The notes: generated from the sequence alone by a model not told the origin. 63,982 nucleotides of DNA, filler included, from Basidiobolus ranarum (GCA_040143965.1; 3 parts of 3 records of this genome joined end to end with filler, not necessarily neighbours in it), one strand, 5' to 3'. Shown: positions 27,203 to 41,116, counted from the first letter of the whole stretch. A program made the numbers and translations.

Positions 27203-29493
27203 TTATGTTATGACACAGTCCCGTCGTTTCATATTTGCACTCCGATGATCAATCGTCATGCAGGTCGCTAAAAAATATTCGGCGGGAATTAAGAGATTTT
27301 GACCAGTCAGTTGAAAATCAACATTCATGACACTAGAATATAGCTCAATAGCTTCCGACGCTGTTACATCATCATAGTATGTGTCTTCTGTTAGAAGGTC
27401 TGGTAAAGCCAACGAAATATCAATGTTTGCATCGAATGTGATTCTCGCAATCTTGATATTTTCTAGAATCCTTGTAAATTCGATTGGATCCTGAACCATT
27501 TTGCGATAGCGATGCTCGCCAAATAATTTTTCTAGGAGCCTTAACACACGTCTATCAATCACAGCTGCACTTTTGTTCTCACCATTCTCTGAAACGGATA
27601 TAGATGGAACTCCACGTGATACCACAGAGGCAGGCTCTTTAGGTGCTACTGAAACAGACTCTTTAGGCCCATAAGATGCTTTTTTGGGGAGAAACAATGC
27701 ACGTCCATCAACCACTGTTGATTTCCTCTTCGCGCCATTCCCCGGAACAGATATAGATGGAACTCTACGTGATACCACTGATGCGCGCTCTTTAGGCCCC
27801 AAAGATTCAGATTCATCAAGAGTTGTCTTAGAAAAAGTACTGATCATCTGTTCAACTCTAGATCTATATGCCTGTTGCGCTATAAATCCCGTATCGGCAC
27901 CAAGCAGTACAGCACCTAGAAATTATGTATACTTAGAGAAATATTCATCAATACGGACAAACTTAAAATTACCTTTCACTATGGCTTCACCAGGCCTTTC
28001 TAAAACTATGATCCTAGCCTTGCCAAACTCTCGAGCAAATCGACTCTGAAGCTTACGGGAATTAGAAAACCCTCCAACTAATGAGATTTTACTATACGTC
28101 ATGGGTAAATAATGAGTGGTATCTCAAATGATGTTATTAGCTACCTAATGCCCTTATGCTGAGTAAGAATGCCTCTAACATGTTCCACTATCCGATTGAT
28201 CGTTGGTTCCATGCAGGTTTTGTAAAAGTAATCATTTGGGACTAAAAGGTTTTGACCAACTAAGCGAAGGTCTACATTGTGCTTCATGGAGTATCGCTCT
28301 GTAGCTTCAATAGCCGTTATCGTATCTTCATGTGTGTTAGCAGTTAAAAAATCTGGTACGACAAGTACATACTCGGAATCCTCATCAAATGCAATTTTCG
28401 CCATTTCGATGTCTTCTTGAATTTTTGCAAATCCAGAAGGGTCCCGAGTCATATTCTGATAACGATGTCTGCCAAATATTTCTTCTAAAAGTTTCAACAC
28501 ACGCCAATTTATGGCTGTCGATCCCCAGTTTCCACCATATGCTGGAATCACTGATCCATATACAGAGATTATTTGTTAGAGCAATTATCAAAGCTTCAGC
28601 AACGAATCATAAGCATACCTTCTTTGATCTTCGGTTGTAGATTAACTTCATGCACAGTAACATCAACACTTTCCCTACTGCAGTTACAAACCATGTGCAT
28701 AGAACCTAAGTTTAATCCTATATTGTTGGATTGAAATGTCCAAAGGAAAGCAGCGTCAGGCTCAAGTACTAATTGTAATGCGTAACCTTTTAGGTCTGCC
28801 AATTCTGCTGCATCTCTCATCACTTGCTTTTCTGCATCACTCCATATAACGGGAACAGTTATAATCCATTTGATTTCACACTCTAGTATGTCATTTGTTG
28901 ATCTGTTGATTTGTGCGAGAAGTGCTATGGAAGTAAATTATTAACATTTTGGATATCGGAGTGGGCATATCTTGGATATTACAATGCTTGATGTACTTCA
29001 AACTTTCAGATAATACAGTTTTAGCAGCAACCTTAATCCCATTAGCTGCAGAAATAAGCATATATCCCCTAACCGATGGCTTATATAAATTCCTTTTGAA
29101 ATGTTCGAAGTATCTGTCTTTGATTTCAGAACCATTCACTTTGCATTTCATTACTATGTCTTGATATTTCGTCTGAGCGGATTTCCCAAAAGCAATGAAC
29201 TTGTTGTTTTCATCTAAAAGCACAGCAGTCTCAGTTTTACCATATTTTCCATCAGCCCACGGACCATTAGAAAAAATGGAATCTCGAGCATCCGTTATCC
29301 CACCCTTTCCGGGGTAGGCAAAAGCATAACTAATATAAATAATTGGTTACGAATATTTTCATGAATTTCAGAACGATAGAATCTACCTTGTCTTATATGT
29401 ACCAAAATCGATTGCAGCAATACACTTGGCATCGGTAGGGCGAATATACTCCCTAAATGGATTAATCTTATCAGGCGCAACTCTTTTAAGCAT
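27203..29493 (-). CDS. HSPA12-like Hsp70 copy A: predicted ATPase-dead, with rearranged C-terminus
   Basis: Six exons appear open: CIAAIDFGTYKTSYAF, ITVPVIW, LVLEPDAAF, VCNCSRESVDVTVH, LVGGFS, IVKGAVLLG, then repeats and a second copy of the IDRRVL...YF..CM segment. Confidence 0.8.
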
Positions 29494-29537
29494 ATCAATG
29501 AAGTAGGAGATAATCTACTTTGCACTCTATATGACAA

Positions 29538-29553
29538 TGCTGACTTAAATACA
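29538..29553 (-). promoter_or_regulatory. Conserved TATA-like element upstream of the HSPA12-like genes (TGTATTTAAGTCAGCA)
   Basis: The same element lies ~35-60 bp upstream of the ATG of copies A (29538), B (34734), C (37691) and, in variant form, D (43152). Confidence 0.6.
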
Positions 29554-31412
29554 TTTTCAATTTTCCCTACAATATTCCATTTCCTATAGTTACTGCTAAC
29601 CAGCACAAGAGACTTGCTATTAACCTTGGTATTATAGCAAATTCAGTTTTAAATCGCATTGGATTTCTGTTGTTTATGATCTGTTGGTATTTTCTATTGG
29701 AAGGTACTACCATTGAACAGGATTTCCCAAAAGAACTTTTACCCATAGTTAGTGTCATTCAATAGAGAAATTAACTTGCACCTGCCTAGCACTGTCCCGA
29801 ATATTCCAGTTATATTCCAGCCTCGATATATCATATGATGAGATATGTAATCAGTACATTTCAAAATATACAGTCTCAAAGAATATTCCCGCTATAAGTG
29901 TGCCATGCTTGGGAGTATACTCATAAGATAAATCGCTGAATTAATGTAGCTAATAAAGTATATAAACGAGATCTGAAAACTGATTCAATCTTTGTGTTGC
30001 TAATTTACATACTCTGATAGTTTCATTATCACCAAGCCAAGTGGAATCAAACTTCTACTAGTGGACTCAATATGCCAATGGTTACATATCTACTTTAAAA
30101 CATAACGAGAATATTTTATCATTGAATCAGATGTGAGAATCTTGCCAATATGAAGGAAAGAACTATTTTCATATATATTGATATATTTAATTGAATTTCG
30201 TTAATTGGAAATTGCTTGCTTGATAGACCTAATTGGCCTGCAAGCCTGTCTATGGCCCAAATACACCAGCTTCATGATTCCTCCTGATATTTGTCACATA
30301 GCCTACTTAACGACCAAATAACAGTCTTTGATATTAAGAAAGTGATTTCGCCACTCTTTCGAATGTTAAATACATTAGGATTCGGCACTACAAGGGAATC
30401 AGTTTTGATCTCTGTTCTTTTAATCCTCCTAATTTTTATGAGCCATGCAATCATAATGACCAAAACTATAATATTAATAGTTAGGATCTTATAGAAAGTA
30501 GCATTTAGAATAATAATTCGGAATTTTAGTGCAAAAAGCATGTTGAGCTCAAAACTGAAATCCTACCTGTAATGAATATAAATGTATGTAATAGCACCAA
30601 GAATAACGTAAACACCATCATAATAACAAAGACTGTTATTAAGGCTCTACTTAGGCTATGTCGCATATATCAAGTTAATACATGGAAGGAATGTAGAGAT
30701 ATTATCTAGCTAGTTGATACCTATCTCGTAGTCTTTTTTATCTCGTTATATGAGCATTTCTTTATCATCACTTTTAGTGAGTTAACATAGCCAAGTAAGC
30801 ATCCAACTTTTATGCAGTATATTACATGTGGGTTAGAACTATGAATACAACCACTAACCACTTTTGCCAGTGATTATGAAAGTACCACCGACCTGCGTAC
30901 AGATAGTGAGTACTACTTGTAGATATTTTATTAACAGTTGAATGAATATCCCCAAACCTCCAAGAAAGTATTTCATGTTGATCTTAATGGTTTTCACTAG
31001 AAAACAATGAATTCTTAGCGTTCGTTTTTATCATGTAAGACCGGGCTCAATAAATATTCATGCCAAGACAAATATTTCAAATTCTGTACTGTTAGCAAGC
31101 AATCAAAAATCATTATGTATTCTACCCTATGTTTCAACACTTCAGCTGTACTTCCATATGGTTGTAACCTGTGGCATGACCGTCATCAATTTACTGATAT
31201 CAGTCTGTATACTGCATACATATAGGCACCCTGAGCTACGCTTCGCAACTGTCATCACTAAATTCTCTAGTTACTCCCAAAGCGACGGAGTGACTCTAAA
31301 ATTCCTGGCATCCGATATTTTTGCTAAAGAAATTTAGTTAGATATTGTTGTGCAACCATATATAACAAAATAGTAGGTTTCAGTTAATATGAAACGGTAC
31401 GTTGTAATTAAT

Positions 31413-31947
31413 TCAAATGTCACACTACCAGCTAGAAGAATCTAGTTTGTATCTTGTTATCAGGACAAGTCTAGATTCGATTACCGGATTAGGTGGTTAC
31501 AGATGCTTCGAAAATTCTAGATTGAATCAAAAACCAATTACCATATGGGTATAAGTAATCTTACACAGTTTATTTTTGTCAATATGTTACAGACCAATTC
31601 AAATCGTCATACGTATTCGGATTAAATCGTGATCTTTTTACCCGATTTACTAAATCTGCATTAAACTTTACACTAACTCCTTCCAAGATCTTTCAAGATG
31701 GCGACCTATTTCTACTCGATTTGGTAAGTAGGAAATTTGCTCTTACCAGGCAACATTGCACATGTAAGCACGGTGTGATCGAATTCTAACTTTGGGATCG
31801 ATATCTTTTATGAGAAACATCATTTTTTCATTCTGGTTTGTAACTAAACTTGTCTCACATACCTGCTTGTCGAAGCACATTTGTATCTTGCTATCATGGC
31901 ATAGTCCAGATTCGACTGCAGGATTGGGTGGTGTTACAGATTTTGAT
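31413..31947. repeat. Diverged ~100-bp direct repeat pair (31413-31512 and 31844-31947)
   Basis: Shared core TTTGTATCTTG(T/C)TATCA...AGTC(T/C)AGATTCGA..(C/A)GGATT(A/G)GGTGGT..TACAGAT. Confidence 0.7.
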
Positions 31948-32588
31948 ATACACAGGTGATAGCAACGCTATTTCTGGCAATATGCCACACACCGAGGAAC
32001 AATTCATCGAAATATCATGTCTGTTTTATGACATAGTATTAAACTATATTACAATTCTGGGTTTGACAATACGTGTACTTTGTCTCAAATTATTACACAT
32101 GATACATTCATATTTCATTTCGCGCTTTATATTTACCTAGTACATGTGACTGGCAAGAGATTCTAAAAGGCATCACATCCACCGAGAGCGAGCTATGATA
32201 GATGCATAGTGGAAAGCATCAAAAGATGGTTGACTTGTATATAATGAACCTGAATTTTAGTTGTATTTATTGCGAATAAGTCGAGTTATGTATCCCCAGT
32301 AAATGATTTATAGCAGAGCGAAATCATTGGATATTTTGGTGGTGGTCGTGATTGTTTTACTATTGAAGTACTTTCTAAACCAGAAGATATTGGAGAAACT
32401 ATAAAATTGCTTTTTGAAACCTCAAGAGAGTTCATTAAGTTTATTATTTATTCATTAACTCTGAACACTAGAATCTAGAATACATTTCATGTCAGTACAA
32501 TTAAAACAGTATAATACCCTATATGCTATCAGATCATTGTATTTAGCTTATGAGACATCGTGAAAAACGACGATTCAGACGTAAGCGA

Positions 32589-34694
32589 CTACTCATTAAA
32601 TGTTAAACGGACTTGATTGCTTTTTCCTTTAGAATTTACAGCCTTGACGAGTATTTCTGAGGAAAAAAGCATGCTGCAAGTAATTCTAGAATTATTATGT
32701 TAATACCGTGATATCGCAACTGTACTGGGTTATAGTCAATACCTATCATATTTTCCGTCGCATTCCAAATCAAATGAACCGGCTTTCCTAACATGATTGT
32801 CGGTAACAAACTTCACCTCATGCCTGTTCACTTTGTAAATTGCGATATTTACGTTGCTCTGATTATCCTCTACCGCCATATATTCACGGACAATTTCTTC
32901 CCCGACTTCAACAATCTCATTCATTGTCACAAACGGATCGAACACGTCCCGACAATGCTTTGAGCCATCACTAGCGTAAAATATCTTCTCTTCTGGGTGC
33001 ACTGCTGGGTTGAATTCAACGCCAATGCTGCTTCCGTAGGTAAATCTTGCTTTACGTTGGGTCACTAACCCCGGATCGGCTCCAAACAACACAGCGCCTA
33101 TCAGTTTTCATGCTTAGTTTAAATATGTTCCCTCATATAAACAACAGAGATATCACCTTTCATTATAGCTTCTCCTGGCATATCTGGAACAATGATTTTA
33201 ATCTCCTTAAAATCTTGAGTGAATCGATTTTGGAGCGAGCGACAATTGGCAAAATTTCCTACTAAAACGACCTTACTTAAGATCAAGAATCAATATTTGC
33301 TGTACAGAATATTACATATGGTTGATGATACCTTATATCCTTATGCTTATGAATAACACCTTTAACGTGATTCATTGTATCATTAATTGTTGGCTCCATA
33401 CAAGTTTTGTAGAAATAATCAGCGGGAATTGAAAGATTCTGACCCACTAGATGAAGCTCCACATCTTGAGCCTTTGAGTATCTTTTTACGGCTTCTACAG
33501 TGGGTAATCCATCATTATCCAATCCAGATGTCAAGGAATCCGGCAAAACCAGTACAATATCGGTATCTGCGTCAAATGTGATTTTTGCCGCATCGATATC
33601 TTCTGCAATCCTCGCATATCCGAACGGATCTTTAGTCATATTGTTATAACGCTGTTTTCCAAATATTTCTTCTAAAAGTTGCAATACACGCCGATCAATC
33701 GCTGTCGATCCCCAATTTCCTCCATTGGCTGGAATTGCTAATTCATATACAGAGATTCTATGTTAGAGCAATCATCATAGAGACTAGTTCACAGAACAGC
33801 CCTCATTATTAAGGAGTCACAACCATACCTTCTTTCACTTTTCTTTGTGAATACTCAACTTCATGCACAGTAACATCGATGGTTCCCCCACCACAGTCAC
33901 ATACCATGTACACAGAACCTGGTTCCATTCCTAGATCATTGGATTGAAGCACCCAAAGAGAAGCAGCTTCAGGCTCAAGGGCTAGCTGTAGAGCCGCACC
34001 ATGTAAACCTGCCAACTCAGCCGCATCTCTCATTACTTGTTTTGCTGCATCACTCCATATAGCGGGAACTGTTAGAATCCATTTGATTTCACTCTCTATT
34101 ATACCTTGGGTTGATTTGTTTATTTGAGCGAGAAGTACTATGGGTGGAAAAGATGTTAGACTTTGAATATGCGAGTGCTTGTTTAAAGGTATTACCTTCT
34201 TTGATGAACTTTAGACTTGCCGAGAATACAGTTTTAGCGGTAACTTTAACTCCATTAGCTGCAGGAATAAGCATTTTCCCACTAATTGAGGTCTCATATA
34301 AATTCATTTTGAAATATTGGAAATATCTTTCTTTGATTTTAAGACCACCTGCTTGACTTCTCATAGCCATGGCTCGATACTTTGTCTGGGCCGATTTTCC
34401 GAAAGCGATAAACTTATTATTTTCGTCTAGAAGTAGGGCGGTTTTAGTTTTACCCTCCTTTCCATCAGACCATTGACCATTAGTAAAAACGGAACTTCGA
34501 GCCTCTGTAATCCCGTCAGTCCCGGGAAAAGCATAAGCAAAGCTATAACAAGCATTTAATAGCATTCTAGTGAACTCAAGTGTGGTGGGTACCTACCCTG
34601 TACCAGATGTACCAAAATCTATGGCAGCAACGCACTTGGCATTAGTAGGACCAATGTATTCACTAAATATATCAGCAGTAGCTCTTTTTAGCAT
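32589..34694 (-). CDS. HSPA12-like atypical Hsp70, copy B
   Basis: CVAAIDFGTSGTG|YSFAYAF, KTKTALL, WILTVPAIWSDAAKQVMRDAA, LALEPEAAS, CDCGGGTIDVTVH, LVGNFAN, GAVLFG..P..VTQRKARFTYG, ends FNE*. Confidence 0.92.
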
Positions 34695-35496
34695 GTTAGT
34701 AGAGATCAATTTATCTTACACTTTATATGACGGTACTGGCTTAAATACAATTCCATTTTTTCGTCGGAATATTCCATTTTGCCATCAGTTACTGTTGGCT
34801 AATAGCAAATGATCCCATTAGATATCTGCCTTATTTGGAAATCATTTTTGAAACATTGAGTTTCATTTTTTGATTTGGATGAGGTTACAATTAAGGTTTA
34901 GTTGGAATCGGTGGAGGATCGAGGAGGTGATGAATTGTTTGTCAGTCCCAAGATTTCCTAATACAACTTTAAATGGGGTCTTTGACTCAAGATTATCCAT
35001 GCGGCAAGCAAAAACCGGTTTCCAATAATCACAGATTTGGTGCTACTCTCTAGCCAGTTTGAATTTATGGGTTAACAAATGACAGGCGAGTTCTTGCAAC
35101 ACGATCGAATTGGTACAAATTGACACATAGGATCCTCGCATGAAATATCTTTTGGATATTAACTATTTAGCTTATTCGAGATGTTACACAGTATGAATTG
35201 TGCGATCATTATTTCCAACTTTGTTTGGATACACTCTCACATATAACATTAACGGGAGAGGTTGTTGACCACTCCGCAACTACATTTATCCTCTAGCCAC
35301 CATTATGCTATTGAATTAAGACACTGAAGCCATTGAATATTGTGCTTCTTTTATTTCAGATTATTGTCCTCGCAGTTCGAAGATACAAATTATTCTTACG
35401 GTTTATTGTAAATTCGCTACCTAGCATTCGAAGTGGATAATTGGATCCTATCTATAAGTGCATATGGTGACAGCAAAAACATCTGCTTATCGATTA

Positions 35497-37646
35497 TTAT
35501 TCATTGAATGTCAGACGGACTTGATTACTTTGCCCTCGGGAATTCACTGCCTTGACTAATATTTCAGAGGAGAATAGCATACTAAAATTGACACTAACAT
35601 CCGCATGTTATTATGTTAATTATACAAATAATATATGTATATATGTATATGTCTATTATTACCTATCCTCCCGTCCAGAGCATTCCAAACTAAATGAACC
35701 GATTTGCTCAACCAGAGTATCTGTGATGTATTTCACATCTCGTCTAGGTGCTTTGTAAATTATAAAGTCCATAGTAGATTGCCGTTTTTCCACTGTTTGG
35801 TATGTTCTTGTAACCTCTTTACCTACTTCTAAATTTTCACCCATCAAAACAAACTTGGCAAATATATCTTGGCAATATTTTCGGCCGGCTTTACTCCTAA
35901 ATGATTTATATTCATCATGAACGGCCTCGTCAAACACAGCACTGATTCTGTGTCCGTATGTAAATCTGGATTTCCGTTGCGTCACCAACCCAGGGTCAGC
36001 GCCAAATAGTACGGCACCTAAAAGTGTTATTTAGACATGGAAATATGCATATAAAGAGAAGCAAGGCACTACCTTTTACTATAGCTTCACCAGGAGGGGT
36101 GGGAACTTTTACTTCAATATAGCGAAACTCCTGGATAAATTGTTTCTGAAGCTGGCGGCAATTGGCGAAATTTCCCACTAAAATGATTTTACTACAAAAA
36201 AATTGTTAAATAATGTGTAGTATCCCAGATATTGTTCTTAACTACCTGATCCCCGTATTATTTTTGACAATATTCCTAACATGTGTCACTGTTTGCGTGA
36301 TCGTAGGCTTCATACAGTTTTCGTAAAAATAGTCAGCTGGAATCATAAGATTTTGACCGATCAGGAAAAACTCGGCATTCTTTTTCTCACAAAATCTTTC
36401 CATAGCTTCAGCGGCAGTTGTTGTATCGCCATGCGTTTTAGCAGTTAAAGAATCTGGAACAACAAGTACAATATCAGTATCTTCATCAAATGTAATTTTA
36501 GCCATTTCAATGTCCTCTTTAATCTTCAAAAATCCTAATGGGTCCTCCGTCATATTCAGATACCGATTTTTGCCAAAGATTTCTTCTAAAAGTTGCAATA
36601 CGCGTTGATCTATTGTTGTCGATCCCCAGTCCCCTCCGTCGGCTGGAATTACTAATTTATAGGCAAAGGCTAATTACTAAAACAATCCTCGCTACTTCCA
36701 TAGAAACTTGCGATCCTACCTTCTTTCACCTTTCTTTGCGAGTAGTCAACTTCATGCACAGTAACATCGATAGTTCCCCCACCGCAGTCACATATCATGT
36801 ACTTAGAATCTGGGTCCATGCTTAGGTCATTGGATTGAAGTGCCCAAAGGGAGGCAGCCTCTGGCTCAAGCGCTAACTGCAAGGCAACACCTTTTAAACC
36901 TGCCAATTCTGCTGCCTCTCTCATCACTTGCTTTGCTGCATCACTCCATATTGCGGGAACTGTTAGGACCCATTTGATATCACGCTCGGATATACCATTT
37001 GTTGATTGGTCAATTTGGGCGAGAAGGGCTATGGGGGTAATATACGTTAGCATTTTGGGTATATTAGTGACTATAGTTGGAGATAATACTTTTCTTAATG
37101 TATTTCAAACTCTCAGAAAATACAGTTTGAGCAGCAATCTTAACTCCGTTAGCTGCAGAAATAAGCATCTTTCCACTAACGGATGTCTTATACAAATTCA
37201 TTTTGAAACATTCAAAATATCTTTCTTTGATTTCAGGTTTAGATGAACTTGCGTTGCCTTTCATGACCATGGCTTGGTATTTGGCTATGTCAGATTTATA
37301 TTTCATTGCTATGGATTGATATTTCTTCTGGGCCACTTTTCCGAAAGCCATAATCTTATTATTTTCATCTAAGAGTAAAGCGGTCTTAGTTTTACCATCC
37401 TTTCCATCAGCCCATGGACCATTGGAAAATAATGCGGTTCGAGCGTCTTTAATCCCGTCAGATCCAGGAAAAGCATAAGCATAGCTATAAAAAATATTTA
37501 GTCTTATTCCAATGAATTCAAGTATGATGCGCACCTTACCCTGTACCAGATGTGCCAAAATCGATAGCGGCGACACATTTCGCATTGGTGGGTCCAATAT
37601 ACTCGTCAAATACGTTAGCAGTAGTAGTAGTAGCTCTTCTGATCAT
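35497..37646 (-). CDS. HSPA12-like atypical Hsp70, copy C
   Basis: Same motifs and intron positions as copy B (IDFGTSGTG, VPAIWS, EPEAAS, DCGGGTID, GNFAN, RKSRFTYG), ends FNE*. Confidence 0.92.
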
Positions 37647-38996
37647 AATGGTAAAACAAAGGTGAATATGCTACAGTACCTCCTTGTGAGTGCTGACTTA
37701 AATACACTTTGGAGTTTCATCGAAGAATCTCATGGCACATTAAGTATTTAGATTCTTCAATAGACACTTATTGGATAGGGCTTCTGTATCAGGACTGGAA
37801 TATTATATAATAACTAAATATTGTGGTTGGCTTGATGTAACTATTGTATCCCGTAGCGAAACGATGGTTTCACTCTGAGGATGATTGGAAGCATGCAATA
37901 AACTTTGGCTAGTAGAATTATTTACATGAAAATTGTTTTATATAGCGACAGCAAATAAAGCAAGAATAACAGAATTCTATTCATCACGATCGCAACGTAG
38001 ATTATATCTTTATTCGAAATATTCACACACCATTCATCCTGATCTTAAAACCAGATGTGAATTCTCGTTTGTTGTCCAACTAGAGTGTTATCTAAAATTG
38101 AAGTTGCACGAATATATTATCACTAATAGCTACAAATTATATTAAGTAAATTTACAAGAGAGACAGAGGCAACTGTCAATTGGAGTATTTACGAAGTTTA
38201 ATAGAAAGTTCAAACAAGGTTAAGACATCATTCAATTGATTTTTGTATATATAAAGAATTTTTAAAAGAGTTGTGACCAATAAGTACTACTATTGTCAAC
38301 AGATTCCACAGCCCCTTTAAGATTTGCACGGGAAATAGGTATATTTTGGTGTCTGTCTTGCGCAAATAAACCAGCAACAAAATATATTTTGGTTACATTC
38401 ATGGGGAAGGAGTACAATCGGCCCGGATTATTTTACCGATATGGTGATTGTTAGCCTTGTTGGCAATGCTAAATATCACTTCGTTCATAAATATTGTAAC
38501 ATTGTTTAAAGCCGAGAACAGATTTTGACACATGTGCCGTGTAACCTGCACAGGTACCACTAGCTGGTTTATTTCCCCATAACGTGGTCTCAAACAGCTA
38601 GTTGTGTGGGTAAATGTAATAATCTTATTGAACTCTGTCGGTATATTGATTATATTGTGTACAGTTGCGCAATATTTCAACCAAGGAGACAAAGCGGAAA
38701 TATGGAAATCTAGAAAGTATGATTTTCGTGTTCCACGTTTTTTTAGCGCATGCCATTTTTTAGTTTAATCGTATTAACCCGATGCAATGGATTCAAAAAG
38801 CGTGACCATTTATCAATTTATTCTAGACTTGATATTGCTAAATAGATACTACTAAAGTATGGTATACAAAAGTTATATTAATCATTTGTGATACGTTATG
38901 TAATCGCCTAAATTATGAAATATCCGTAAGGGTAATGGACAGAGTGATATATTTTCCAAATTAATATATCAGTAGAGAGTTCAGTAATGACTCTGG

Positions 38997-40061
38997 TTAA
39001 CTTATGCATACGAGCTGCATCTTTGTTGGCTGACGAGCACCGTGCGAATCAATTTGGTAGATGGCAGGTAGAACGGGAAACGGAACTTCTACAGCAGGTA
39101 CAATTACACCCTTCAGTAAAAATGAAGCATTCGTTTGTTGTTGCGTAAAGTCATATTCAACTTTTGGTTCTACCAATGAGAGTAACAAAATTGTATCGAT
39201 AAGACCTTCCAGATGAGCTTGCACGCCATCAAATAGTTGTTCAGTTTGGATATTACTTAGTACAGCAGTACATATCCTTTTATGCATATCAGACTGTAAA
39301 CTGGAGTTTTCGAAGTTGGCAATGATGATTGATTTGACGTACATTAGATTGCGCTGGTAAAAATCTGAATCATCGGCTTCCTCATGACCCAAACAGAGTA
39401 AAGTATGAGTAATATGCTCAAACATTGTTCTAAACGTCATTCCAAAGATTTCCTCAAGAAGCTTGGAAAGATACATCACTTGATGTAAAACGTTTGTCGG
39501 TTGCGTTTTTTGTGCCGTAAGAGAAGAAAAAACAACCGATTTGATTTTATTTTCGAACTTCTTAAATCGTGGCACTAAGTTTTCCAGTGTCACTGTTTGC
39601 AGCTGACCATTTGCTGTGACGAGCTGACTAAGTAATCGGGCGGTCTCATTCTGGGCCTTGCTTAACTCTACGGTCAATCTTTTCTGGACACCTGTTAATT
39701 CGGTCTTCTCATGTTGAATATATAGGTTAACTTCGTTTTGAAACTTGCTGCCTTGCTTATGTTGTTCATGCAACATTTCATACATTCTATTCATCTTCTG
39801 TTCCAATGTGCCAATGCTTATGGCGACGTTAGTACTACTTCCGCAACACGACTGCTCCTTAGGGCTAGATTTTTCTCTTAGCACACCTGGACTGGTTTCG
39901 ACTTTCTTTTGCCTGTTCTGACTGAGGCCACCTGGTTGGCCTTTGGGGTTAGCATAGTATTCAGGCATATGCCCTTTTCTTTCTGGATAGGAATTCGGTG
40001 TTTGCATATTAGGAGCCTCTTTGGGGTTACTGCCAGTCAAAGGGTTTTTCATAGTGCTCAT
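38997..40061 (-). CDS. Uncharacterised intronless coiled-coil protein CC1, paralog of 43977-44981
   Basis: Long ORF (open up to 40175; MSTMKNP start preferred). Disordered N-terminus, coiled coil, and a C-terminal domain shared with CC2. Confidence 0.8.
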   Translation of the reverse strand: MSTMKNPLTGSNPKEAPNMQTPNSYPERKGHMPEYYANPKGQPGGLSQNRQKKVETSPGVLREKSSPKEQSCCGSSTNVAISIGTLEQKMNRMYEMLHEQHKQGSKFQNEVNLYIQHEKTELTGVQKRLTVELSKAQNETARLLSQLVTANGQLQTVTLENLVPRFKKFENKIKSVVFSSLTAQKTQPTNVLHQVMYLSKLLEEIFGMTFRTMFEHITHTLLCLGHEEADDSDFYQRNLMYVKSIIIANFENSSLQSDMHKRICTAVLSNIQTEQLFDGVQAHLEGLIDTILLLSLVEPKVEYDFTQQQTNASFLLKGVIVPAVEVPFPVLPAIYQIDSHGARQPTKMQLVCIS

Positions 40062-41116
40062 CGTGCTTAGAATAATTGGAGATATGAGTAAAATAGAAAC
40101 CCTTTTTATGAACGTTGGAAAATCTCCGGAGTCAACCTGAATGCTACTGTTTTCTCTATACAGGAATTGTAACATTCAACTGGCACTAAATTTAATTAGT
40201 GTAGTGCAGCGGTTACAATGTATATATGACCAAAATCCGTGAGTTAACTCTTCGAACTAATGACACGGTTTTACAATCCTGAATCTTGCACTGATAGCCA
40301 AAAGTGTCACGCCGGTTCTTTGTATGGAAATACAGTTTCAACTCGACTTGTGTGAGTTCTGGTATATATATACAGGATTGCTCTTGGTACAAGCTCAAGT
40401 ACGATCCAATCGAGTTAGACTTCCGAGATTTTGCCCCACAAACTAGAATTGCCATCATATTTACTAATAAACTTTTCCTTGTTGGAATAATGAATTCATA
40501 ATATACTTGAATATACTTTACTGAATGAAGTTTCTAACGTACTGTGCTCTTTGAAAAAGCATAGAATTCGCGATCTGGTAGGAATAAAAACTAAATCAGT
40601 TTACAATCTTATTTCTATCTTTTTAAGCGAAAGCTGGCTATGGTGCCCACCTTGTATGTTGCAAAGCGTTTTTAATTACCGATTGAAATTAGTCCAAGCA
40701 GTGATTTAGGACTATGGTAAAGATTACCATATTCGTTCCTTATCTTTTCAGTTAGTGTAAATCAAATACATTTAATCGTCAAAGGCTAGAGGTATATATA
40801 TATATATAACAGCAGAATAGATTCGATATTTGAAGAGAGACATTGCTACAGGAGATACAATGCAACTATGTTAAGGGAGCTTTGAATTTTAATTTTTCAT
40901 AATCCGAAAGCAATTAAACCATAGGCAATTCCTATTAGTAATATTTTGTGTTTGTAAATGTAGCATTCACCTCTTGTGCGCATTGTATACTAAGCGAACT
41001 AATGTAATGATAGTAATTAATCAGTGTAAAGAAAGTTCTTGGGATGTAAGAGCGTCAATATATTTAAAATTTGTTTCATTGCCAATACTTAATGAAGTAT
41101 AAATTAGATTGGGTTT

